Shown here one piece after another: positions 21,695 through 31,171 of a stretch of 33,873 nt of DNA. Made by a program: the position numbers and the translations under genes. The notes below the pieces were generated by a model. That model had not been told where the DNA came from. It saw only the letters and a list, made by a program, of their open reading frames with translations, and did not search any database. The stretch spans positions 71,964-105,836 of IMG/VR virus record IMGVR_UViG_3300010167_000860. One strand, written 5' to 3'. The DNA comes from a virus. The stretch's first letter is position 1. Every line of letters starts with the position of its first letter.

Positions 21695-24600
21695 CTATGC
21701 AGCTAAGATGCTTGGTATGAGAGCTATACTGCGGTTAGGGTCAAATACTATAACCCCTAAAGCAGCCATCCTATGAAATACTGCACTATCTTCGTCATAA
21801 GAAGCATTTTGGTTATTTACTCCTCCTGTAAAAGGATTTCTAAATGGACCTCATTGATAACCTCTATAATCTTCTTCTCCTCTAATCTTAGCTAATTGAA
21901 TATTAGGTTGTCCTGGACTACCTATATCATATATATCAAATCTATAGCTATTAGCTACCCCGCCAAGAGGGTGAATTATCTTATTCCTTACTGTATCATC
22001 TAAAGTAGGATCTATTTCAATCTTAACTTTAATGTTATTAGCAAATTGCCATTCTACAAACTGAAAGCCTCCTGTTAAAGCATTACTGTGTAATGGACTT
22101 GATGTATTCTGTATAATAGCAGGATTACCTCCCATTCTCATACCATTTACAAAAGGTATCCATCCTGAAGCATAATTTGTTACTGCTTTATGAAATAAAT
22201 TAGCTCCTCTTTGTCCAGTATACATTACAAAGGTTCTTTCACCAAAATCTAATACCCCTGTAGAAATTTCAAATAAAATATCTTCAATAAGTTTAAGATC
22301 AAATTCATTGTAATAATATGTATTACCATATTCTTGCTGTTCCCTAAGCAATTATGTTACCTTATAGGCTCTTTATCCTATAATTCTATACCTATGTGAT
22401 TTTGGTATAGTTCAGAGTACATTTTCACCCTCTTAAAATAAAGTTAGGGTGTGAACCTCTCTTGGGATTTTATTCTCATTAAATATGAGTTTATTATTCC
22501 TACTCGTTACATTGGTTAAAGGCTTTTAAACCCCTAACTTAACACGGTATTGCCTTTTCTTATCACTAGGTTTCACCGTTTTAGGTTCATTTTCTTATAG
22601 CAGCTTTCTTATGCTGCTATGCGGGCATTAAGGGAGAACAGCCTTATTACTTTACCCGCTCCCATCTGAATAACATTACCTGACTTACCTACATTAGCAT
22701 ATTCACCATTCTGAGACCTGTTACTTCTGCCATACACTAATAAAGTATTCTTTTGTTGTGAAAAAGTCTCTTCAAGTACATATTCTACATGATGCCTATT
22801 TTTATTTAAAGTGATTCGTTATTTCACTTTGAGTTAACTAACAACTCCTCATAGTCTCCTATGAGATTGGACTATATCTTCAACCTATTTTATAGGTGTC
22901 CCCCATTTCACACCACTTGGTGTTATGCCTGTATTACAGGACTTACTAGCCTCTGAACCTTCCATATTACTATGGCTTGGCTGCTGATAAACTCTATTTA
23001 TTAATTTGTTACTTTGTTTGTGTTTAGAATTTGGATTATTATTCCCTATATGGTTTTTATTCCCTTCTCTAAAAGAATGTCTAATATTATCAGCCCTTGT
23101 TAATCACTCAAGATTAGAAAAAACATTATTTAATCTATTACTATCTTTATGATTAACTTCTTCTGCATTGTCTATTTTATTTACAAATAATTCTGCCACA
23201 ATTACGTGTAGAAATTTATTTGCTTTTTTACCAGCAGGTCTATTATTAAAATACATTCTTCTATATCCTTTAAGAGTAGCCATACCAAAAATTTCTTTTC
23301 CAGTTTCAGTATTATAAATTCTACCTAAATTTGAAACTTTATAGATTCTATCTACTATCTTATATTTTTTAAATTTTTCTATCACAATCATTAGTATTAA
23401 TAACTTTACAAGTCTTCCCAGCAATTAAAGGGATTTATTTTTTGCAACTTACGCTGCAAGTGAACACATCTTTTTTATCCACAAATTAACTGTAACTTCC
23501 TTACCTGTGTTATTTACAAAAGGAATAGGCATCAACAATTTCTTGTTAAGCATATTACCACCTACTTTATGCTGTATTCTTATTCTACTAAATTCATTTC
23601 TCATAGAGATAGGTGTTGCAAATCTTACCATTTTGTTATCTTAGAGGCTCTTTATCCTCTAATTCTATACATCGCTGTATAGTTCGGAGTACATTTTAAC
23701 CCTTAGCCTAACTATTAGGGTCTGGACACTCTTGGGGAAATTATACCGTCTTTAATATATTGTTTCTTACAAGGATACTTTTAATTGTAGCATAATCAAC
23801 TAAATATTTTTTAGATATTTCTTTTATGCCTATTCCACTATTATACATATTTATAATATTAATACTTTCATTACTATCTATTTTGTAATGTCTTTTCTTA
23901 AATTCAATATTATTAATAGCAAGAATTTTTTTAAAAGTATTATAACTAATATGAAATTTTCTTAATAGTTTTTGCAAAGTAATATTAGTTTCTGTTCATT
24001 CTTTTATAATAGATGCGCACAAATCTATATCTTCTAAGATATTAATTTTATCTTTAAATTGAAACCCTTTGGAAATTAAAAACTCCTTCATTGTTGTAGG
24101 AGCTACCCCAAATAATGGACCTAATTTTTTAAGTGAACATCCTTTTTTAAATGATTCTATAATTTCTGTAGTATCTATATCATCTGGAGTAAATCTTTTT
24201 GGTTCTCTAACCTCTATTCCACAACTTTTTAAAAGTTTTTTAATAGAGGCTTTATCCACTTTATACTCTTTAGATATTTTATAACAACTGTGTTTTTCTA
24301 CAGTATATAGATAAACAATATTTTCTAATATGTTATCATCCAAATACAATTCTAATCTTTTACCTTCTCCTCCTATTGTTGAATTGTATCCATTTTTAAA
24401 ACTATTATATTCAGAGATATAATATATTTCTCTTTCACTAAGTTTACTTATTGGACATACTTCTAATTCCTCAACTATAAAGTTATCTTTCCCATATTTG
24501 CTTATAGCATTATGAAAATGACAATTATCTTTCTTTACACAGTGTTGTCTTCATCTAAATTCTAAAGGCATTACTGTTTGTCCTATATAAACTTTATTGT

Positions 24601-25630
24601 TTACTTTATTTGTTATTTTATATATCCGACCTTCCATTCAATTTTATATATTAAATATTCTCATTCCCTACTCTCTACGGTGCTTAAAACTGTTAATTTT
24701 AAGTTACCTCGGTATTATCTACTTGAGATTTCCACCGATTTTGCCCAATTTTTTACTATGCTGCTAAGCATAGGGAGACATAAGATTCCACTTTATCTCC
24801 CGCTTTTCTTGAAAATTCCTTCTCTATGGGATTATATTCCCAGCTAAATCTTTTCCCAGGTTGTAATTCTTCAGCAGGCATACCTCCATATACTGCGCCT
24901 AGTAATTCAACCTTATAACAGTAGTTATTACCTTCCATTGTAGCATCACCTAATATTCTCAAAGGATATATTTCATTCTTTTCACCGGCTAATACCTCAC
25001 CATCCGCAAAATAATCCTCAGCAAATACTAAATAAAATGGTTCTGTATTTACACCTACATTAGCAGTTGTTCCTGTTACAGTATTACCATCATAATCTCT
25101 TGCCTCAATCAAAGGAACATTCTTCCTTGCACTTCCTATCAACTTCCACATAATATCACTATCTTCTTCAAAATATTTTGTTGGAAATCTTGATAAAAAG
25201 CTTTCTAAGTTCTTTCCGTGATTCTGCTCCATCAATCTTAAATAGACATTAGAAGCCATTTGAGGTTTATCACCAAAAGCTGCACTAAGGTGATTATTCT
25301 TAGTTACCAATTTTGTTATCCTACAGGCTTTTTATCCCATAGTTCTTACAGTTTACCATCCTGTAAGTTCGGCATATATTTTTAACCTGTTGGCTAATCA
25401 GGTTATTGGAGGCTCTTGGGGGTTTTTATTCTCTTTATAGTTTCAACCCCTATGCTCTACATTGTTTAAATCTCTTTAATTACTTAACTTAACACGGTAT
25501 TTTCCTAATCCTTGGGGGAATTTACCGTTTTCCTCCAATGTTTACCTCTATGTTACCATAGAGGGGGGCATAACTACTGTCCACCCTTTCACGTGCTAAA
25601 TTCCCTCATTACAAATTTACCTAAAGCCAT
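21695..25630 (-). CDS. Major capsid protein, 502 aa, five exons: 25583-25630, 24795-25307, 23477-23628, 22654-22795, 21695-22348
   Basis: Exons total 1509 nt in frame. Junctions give (W)KG|VTKNNHL, SRKAGD|VRFATP, NLWM-HHVEY (split codon AT|G) and QMGAG|LREQ, colinear with the crAss MCP as recalled (WKGLT.DNHL, SRKVGDVRF, MWMHYV, TGAGIFEQ). TGA lies at conserved Trp positions (codon 14 and RGYQ(W)G). Confidence 0.93.
22349..22653 (-). mobile_element. Group I intron 4 of MCP (305 nt, ORF-less)
   Basis: 5' exon ends in U (GCGGGU) and pairs with IGS GCCCGC; P7 GAGUA/UACUC; terminal G. 3' motif GAUAAAGAGCCU..GGUAACAUAAUUG is shared with introns 1 and 2. Confidence 0.88.
22796..23476 (-). mobile_element. 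Group I intron 3 of MCP (681 nt) carrying an HNH endonuclease
   Basis: Canonical elements: P AAUUGCUGGGAA, Q AUCAGCAGCCAAG, R GUUCAGAGGCUA, S AAGAUAUAGUCC. Exon GUGGAU pairs with IGS GUUCAC; terminal G. Confidence 0.92.
22885..23391 (-). CDS. Intron-encoded NUMOD4/HNH homing endonuclease (I-HmuI-like), about 168 aa (TGA=Trp)
   Basis: YKVSNLGRI...GY...LHVIVAELF...VNHKDSNRLNNVFSNLE(W)LTRADNIRH; TAG at 22885. An alternative TTG start at 23424 is possible. Confidence 0.88.
23629..24794 (-). mobile_element. Group I intron 2 of MCP (1166 nt) carrying a GIY-YIG endonuclease
   Basis: Exon GGGAGAU pairs with IGS GUCUCCC; P10 AAUCUUA pairs with 3' exon UAAGAUU; P7 GAGUA/UACUC; ends GAUAACAAAAUG. Confidence 0.9.
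23741..24637 (-). CDS. Intron-encoded GIY-YIG homing endonuclease with C-terminal HTH repeats, 298 aa (TGA=Trp)
   Basis: MEGRIYKITNKVNNKVYIGQT...R(W)RQH...AISKYGKDNF...EREIYYI...GYNSTIGG. In frame with track ORFs 23996..24349 and 23741..23977. Confidence 0.9.
25308..25582 (-). mobile_element. Group I intron 1 of MCP (275 nt, ORF-less)
   Basis: Exon GGGU pairs with IGS GCCC; P10 UAGUUA pairs with 3' exon UAACUA; P7 GCAUA/UAUGC; ends GAUAACAAAAUUG. Confidence 0.88.
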
Positions 25631-25650
25631 AATTCTAACTTTTTAATTAT

Positions 25651-26796
25651 TTAAAAATTTAATTTCAAACCTAAACTGCTGAAACTTTCAGGGTCTGTAC
25701 TATTACCAAATTCAAGCCCACTGTCCACAGTATTACCTTGACTTTTTATAGTTCTTTCTAAATGTTTCATAGCAATTTTCTTTTGTTCTTTTACTTCTTT
25801 ACTCACAACACTGGATAAATCTTTAAACCCATTTGTCTGGTAAAAAAGCATATTAATATAATATTGATAATCTATTGGATTATCTATAGAGTATTTCATT
25901 AATTCAGTAAGAGGTCTATTATAATTGTCTTTTGCTATAAAGGATGTTGCCTTAGCATACATCTTTTCCCTTTCTGCTTTACTTAATTTCATTCCTTTTA
26001 TTGGCTCTTCATTATCAAGAAATTTACTCTTTAGTTTTACCAATTGCTCTTTTTCTGCTTTTATCCTCTCAGATTCCTTTTCTTTAGCTTCCTTGAGTAT
26101 ATCCTTATATTCCTTATCATAGGTATCTATAAGGCTATTTAAAGCATCCTGAGCATCCTCAATATCATTACCCCCATCAAAGGATTTTTTAACTTCCTTT
26201 TCTGCTCTTTCTTTACTGAAACCTTTATTAATATAATCACTGTATATTAATTGTTTCCTCATTTCCTCACCCTCTACACTCTCATCACTAATCTGGTCAT
26301 TAGTTATAGCTTTTAAACTATTTATTGTACCCTCATACTGCTTAACAGTGTCAGGAGGTATCTGATTATTTAATGCCTCATTTATTCTTTGTTGAGTTTC
26401 ATCTAATAAACTATCTACCTGTTGTTTAAAAACCTCTGCTAAATCACCTGGGGAAGTTATCCCCTCAATCAACTTTTCATCAAGTGTGAGAACCCCTGCT
26501 TCTAACAAGTCCCTAGCAATGGAAGAATAGAGATTATTGGGAGAACTAGCACCTGTATTTTCTTCAGGGTTCTCTACTTGATTTTCTCCCTTATCTACTT
26601 CCTCCGATAAATTAGCGTCTAAATTAAGACCCAAATTTACCTCAATAGGGTTTTCTTGTTCTTCTTCTTTTTCCTTTTCTTCATTATCTATGACAGTATC
26701 ATCTAATCCTTCAATACTTTTAACATCTCCTTGATACATTAAATTCTCAATGTTATCATCATTTACTGTCATATTGTCTAAACTTAATCCATCCAT
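25651..26796 (-). CDS. Acidic coiled-coil protein upstream of MCP (putative scaffold), 381 aa
   Basis: Very acidic N-terminus, SSPNNLYSSIA..L...G and KQLIYSDYINKGFSKERA motifs; conserved position in crAss-like phages. Confidence 0.75.
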   Translation of the reverse strand: MDGLSLDNMTVNDDNIENLMYQGDVKSIEGLDDTVIDNEEKEKEEEQENPIEVNLGLNLDANLSEEVDKGENQVENPEENTGASSPNNLYSSIARDLLEAGVLTLDEKLIEGITSPGDLAEVFKQQVDSLLDETQQRINEALNNQIPPDTVKQYEGTINSLKAITNDQISDESVEGEEMRKQLIYSDYINKGFSKERAEKEVKKSFDGGNDIEDAQDALNSLIDTYDKEYKDILKEAKEKESERIKAEKEQLVKLKSKFLDNEEPIKGMKLSKAEREKMYAKATSFIAKDNYNRPLTELMKYSIDNPIDYQYYINMLFYQTNGFKDLSSVVSKEVKEQKKIAMKHLERTIKSQGNTVDSGLEFGNSTDPESFSSLGLKLNF

Positions 26797-26827
26797 TTTA
26801 TTCCCGTTTAGTTAATATCTATTTATA

Positions 26828-26877
26828 CAAAAATAAGGAAAATTTTACATTTCCTTTGAAATCTAATTTTCCTTATT
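26828..26877 (-). promoter_or_regulatory. -7 element (TATTTTTG, 26828-26835) overlapped by a 13-bp inverted repeat, upstream of the capsid operon
   Basis: AATAAGGAAAATT (26832-26844) and AATTTTCCTTATT (26865-26877). Confidence 0.5.
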
Positions 26878-26928
26878 ATATGTTTATTGCTATATGTTAT
26901 AGCAGTTATTTTATTTCTTTTTTTAGCC

Positions 26929-27339
26929 CTATGATAAATGTAATACCTGTTTCCTATTTTTCCCTATTCTTTTATAACTTATGTGGATTCACTGATAATC
27001 CTTTTCGTCTATTAATTGGTCATATTTACCATTCTCTTTTAAGGCTTTAAATAATGTAATATTTAATGCCCTACTTCCTAATGTAATATCAGCAGCTTCC
27101 CCTTTTAAATGCTGACTATTTACAGCCCCTTTTATAGCTTTATTTAAAGCAGGGCATCTATACCCACTATTTACTATAACAGGTCTTCTAAGTAATTCCC
27201 TCATAGGTTGTAATATCTCAACACAAAGGTATTTAAGATTATCTATCTGTTCTTTATTTGGAGTATTATCAATCTTTTTTTCCTTTGCTGTCTGAGACCT
27301 TACCATCTCTTCAAGTGTGAAATTTTTTGTTAAGTTCAT
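26929..27339 (-). CDS. Peptidase M15 (M15_3) endolysin, 136 aa (TGA=Trp)
   Basis: NFTLEEM..S.TA....IDNTP...NSGYRCPALN...SQHLKGEAADI...DQLIDE...(W)IHISY; TAG at 26929. Confidence 0.9.
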
Positions 27340-27341
27340 AA

Positions 27342-27653
27342 TTAGTCTTTCTTTATTTTACTTATTAATTCATCCTTCATTTTATTAACCTCATCATTTA
27401 ACTTTTGCTTATAGTTAAAAGGTACTCCATCTTCATCTATTTTGTATTGATTTCTAGACATTTTTAATTTTGCTTGATACAGGAAGTAGGATACACAACT
27501 TCCCAGTATAGTAGTAATTAATGCTACAGTTACTGTATCATTAGTTTCTAACCCCATAAAGGCTAAAACAAATGAAGCTATTATACCTAATCAACAAAGG
27601 ATAACTATTCAAACAATTATTCCTTTACTAAACTCCGTTTTCTCCTTGTGCAT
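27342..27653 (-). CDS. Holin-like membrane protein, 103 aa (TGA=Trp)
   Basis: ATG at 27653, two hydrophobic helices (the first contains two TGA), charged C-terminus, directly upstream of the endolysin. Confidence 0.6.
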
Positions 27654-28368
27654 TTTCTACATTTTTTGCTGCTATTCTCTTTAGCACTTCTTCCTCTAAA
27701 AATTCTTTGTGTGTTATTAATTCATTATTCAATGAGAATAATTTCCTGTTAATATACACAATATGAAATAATACTACGATAGTTATAAAAACTAATATAA
27801 ATATTTTCCAAGTGTCTAAAGGAGCTAATCCTTTATCATAAGGAATAGCAATAACTGTTATTACAAAATCTTTACTAAAGTGAATTTTATGAAAATATAA
27901 AGAGGCTGTCTGATGTGTAGTTTTACCATTATCAAAGATAACTGTAAACTTACAATTATTTAACATCCCATTCTCTTCATTTAAAAGTCTTTCTCTTACA
28001 GTTACATCCCTTATAGGGTCTAAAGCTTCAGTTCTACTAAGTGTAAGATTAGGATACCTGTTTGTTAATATCCTTAGATTTTCATCATAGATAGCAGCAA
28101 ATACATTATATATTAAATCCAACTGCTCAAAATAAATTATTAATCTTTCTAACACTTCTTCAGGGTCTGTAAGTGGATCTTTAAGTTGCATATTTGCAGC
28201 ATCACATTTAACTGCCACTGACTGGGCTAAAGTTCTAAACTTCTCTTCTATCAGGGAATTTCTTGAAAACTTCATTTCTATTCCCATAAGTAAAGTAAAA
28301 AAGATAAGAATAGACACTAAGCTCTTATCTACACTAAACCATCTTAATTTATTTAATTTTCTTCTCAT
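27628..28368 (-). CDS. Two-TM membrane protein with a large extracytoplasmic domain, 246 aa
   Basis: Hydrophobic helices near both ends, about 150-aa loop, short C-terminal coiled coil. Confidence 0.65.
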   Translation of the reverse strand: MRRKLNKLRWFSVDKSLVSILIFFTLLMGIEMKFSRNSLIEEKFRTLAQSVAVKCDAANMQLKDPLTDPEEVLERLIIYFEQLDLIYNVFAAIYDENLRILTNRYPNLTLSRTEALDPIRDVTVRERLLNEENGMLNNCKFTVIFDNGKTTHQTASLYFHKIHFSKDFVITVIAIPYDKGLAPLDTWKIFILVFITIVVLFHIVYINRKLFSLNNELITHKEFLEEEVLKRIAAKNVENAQGENGV

Positions 28369-28979
28369 TATTCTATTATTTTAATTATTTTAACATCACT
28401 GATTTCATTTAATTCATTCTCATTCTCTAATCTAAATTCATCTAAGGTATATCTCTTTCAGTTGAAAGTAATTAACCTTTTCATAAATTTAGGCTGCTTC
28501 CATTCTTTTGTTTGTATATGGTATAAATAAAAACTATCCTCAATATTAATATCAGCTGTAAACATACCATCTTCTAAATCTATGGTCATACAGGTAAGAT
28601 CATTAAAACAGTATCTTCTGTTAAAATTACACACTTCTTTTTGAATACTGTCCCTAAAGATAATTTCTGTTACAGTATCTCTTAGTACTGTTTTTATACC
28701 TGACATACTTCTCAGTTGTTTATCTTTTATGCCTAATTCTTCTTTTACTTCTAATAAGGCTATAATCATACTGTCATTTGACATTTTAAGCTGATCTATG
28801 GTGAGCAAATATATTCCCCCTATCTTTTTATTCTCTGCTAATAATTCCTGCTCATAAGCCTTAGTATTGTTATATAAGGTTTCTATCTGTTTATTCTTAT
28901 TTTTAATAATAAGGAGGCAGGAAGTAGCCATTATAACAATTACTAATAAAGCAATTATATTTAATATGATATTTTTCAT
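28368..28979 (-). CDS. Spanin-like (Rz-like) protein, 203 aa (TGA=Trp)
   Basis: N-terminal TM then coiled coil, NNTKAY...LTIDQLK..NDS...ELGIKDKQL. Read-through of TGA at 28458 ends in a TAATG overlap with the next gene. Confidence 0.65.
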
Positions 28980-29416
28980 TATGGCGTTATTTTTTTAATT
29001 CCAATAGTACTGTTAGGTTTTACAGGGGCTACAGGTTCAACAGTATTATGAGGTAAAGATTTATTATATTCTAATATATCCTTTTGCATTCTTTCAAGCA
29101 AAGGTGTATTAACATCTTTATTATACTTAATAAGTTCATTAAGAATATTCATAAATTCTGTATTACCCTTTTCTATATTTTTGGATATATCAATAATAGA
29201 ACCTACTAACATATTTTGATTTTCAATAAGTACATAAATTTGTTCCTGAACTTTTTCTACTACTTCAAAAGTCTGTTTATTTCTATCTATATCTCCTAAT
29301 ATAGTATCTTTAACCCCACTAAAAGATATTCCTAAAGGTATAGCTACACTGGCTATAGTAATTATCATTACCAGATTTGAAGGTAAATGATCTTTAATTA
29401 AACCTCATAATCCCAT
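28979..29416 (-). CDS. Single-TM membrane protein, 145 aa (TGA=Trp at codon 4)
   Basis: ATG at 29416 lies just after the previous stop and is in frame with track ORF 28979..29368. Confidence 0.6.
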
Positions 29417-29417
29417 A

Positions 29418-29789
29418 TTAATTCTTTTTACTGTTAGTTCTACAATGTTCTAACTGTCTGGTTAAAGAAGTATTTATTACATTCATCTCATCTTTAACAA
29501 AAGATATTTCATCTTTTATCCCTTCTAATCTCCCTATAACCTTCATAACTTCTTCCCTGACACCTCTGTTAGCTGTGAAGTTATCTTCAGAATGTTTTAC
29601 AAATAAATTTGATAATTCTAAGACTACATCATTATTTTCTTTACCATACTTTTCTATAAGTTCATCTTGTCTTTTAGAACTTTTTTCTGTATGTTTTTTC
29701 ATAGCATATATAGCATAAAAGCTAAATAAAATAACTCCTGCTATTGCCATCTTTAGGACAAACCCTCCTAATGTTATTAGTATTTCCAT
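29418..29789 (-). CDS. Single-TM coiled-coil membrane protein (holin-like candidate), 123 aa
   Basis: Hydrophobic N-terminus and helical C-terminus; first gene of the lysis block. Confidence 0.55.
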   Translation of the reverse strand: MEILITLGGFVLKMAIAGVILFSFYAIYAMKKHTEKSSKRQDELIEKYGKENNDVVLELSNLFVKHSEDNFTANRGVREEVMKVIGRLEGIKDEISFVKDEMNVINTSLTRQLEHCRTNSKKN

Positions 29790-29817
29790 AGTTTTAAATT
29801 TTTAAGTTTATAATATA

Positions 29818-31128
29818 TTATGGTACAGCAATATTAGGTAATTGATAATTCCAGTTATCATTAGTATTTGGCTTAATAGCTGAAAATAAATTGGGAGAAG
29901 CTGGAATCCTTCAGCCTCTATGCCAATTACCTGTTATTGTTTTAAATATTTGGATAACAGTGTTTGATGTTGTAGTAACATATAAATCAGATAAAAAATC
30001 ATTTGTACCACTCAATGCTTGGGCAGGATTTCCTGTTATATAACTCCCTTTTATCAAATAATGCCCATCTTCAACTATAGTGTCTAAATTTACAGGAGAA
30101 GTAGTAGTTCCAATAAATACATCATCAAAAATAACTGTTGGGCTTAATTCAACTAAAATACTTTGACTGCCATCATATACCCATGTTTTATCCCCCTGCA
30201 TAATATTAATACCTCCTAATACAGGCAAAGGATGCCTGTGGTCAGACCTTGCAGCAGTTGTTGTTAAGGGTGAACCAGAATTAACAGGTTGTCCAAAATA
30301 AGGATTATTTTGATTAGTTAGATTAGCAACTGTTGCACCTCCTCCTAAATCACTTATAACATCTGCTTCTATATACCTATCCTTACCATCATCATAAAAT
30401 TTCCATTCTATAGTTTTTGTATCTTTAAAATCTAAATCTCCTCTAAATTCTTTTTCTCCACTATTAAGATCAATATTTGCAAATGAAAACCTTTTCACCT
30501 CACCAAGAGGAGCTTTATCCTCATCATCCTTTTCTGCTCCAAACATTCCTGTATATAAATTTATTGATGGTTTACCAAGTAAATCCTTTCAACTACCTGT
30601 TACAGCTATATTATGTAACTCAATAGTTTCAACTGCTCCTAATAAAGAGCCAAAGGGTTTAGGAGATGTTATAGGAAGTTGTGCATTTGATTTTGTTATT
30701 AAACTGCCAAAATAAATTTCAGGTAGTTCACCTCCTCCTGTTCCTCCTCCTGATTCCATTCAATAACTTACTCTTCCTATTCAATTTGTTAAATCTTCAC
30801 CAGTTCCTCAAACTTTAAAATCATTTGTATTTAAAACAGGGCTTAAATGTAAAGGTTGATTATTTACAGTTGCTCAACCAGGTACAAAATTAAAATGTAT
30901 ATCATAATTATCTTTTTGATTTACAGTGAAAGATATTTTTTGACTAATAGGGCTGGGAGGAGAAGGGAAATTATTAAAAGTAATTTCACCATTTCCTATA
31001 CTTGTTTCAACAGCATTAATTTTATCCTGAAACTCTTCTATATAATCCAATAAATATTTAAAGTCTGATGCCTTTAAACCTTTACCACAGTTTTGTAATT
31101 TTTGTCTTAATTCAATTATATTTATCAT
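29818..31128 (-). CDS. Tail fibre-like structural protein, 436 aa (TGA=Trp)
   Basis: Track ORFs 30874..31128 and 29911..30546 joined through several TGA. Fibre motifs AVTGS(W)KDLLGKP, AARSDHRHPLP and YDGSQ. Confidence 0.65.
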
Positions 31129-31145
31129 AATTAATTATTTTAAGT

Positions 31146-31171
31146 GTGTATAAAGATTACACCTTATACAC
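31146..31171. terminator. Intergenic hairpin
   Basis: GTGTATAA...TTATACAC inverted repeat between two genes. Confidence 0.45.

Noticed and set aside
22349-25582. Inteins or group II introns as the cause of the MCP interruptions
   Set aside because: The inserts contain in-frame stops, lack reverse transcriptase and GUGYG/AY ends, and show group I hallmarks (U.G in P1, P7, terminal G).
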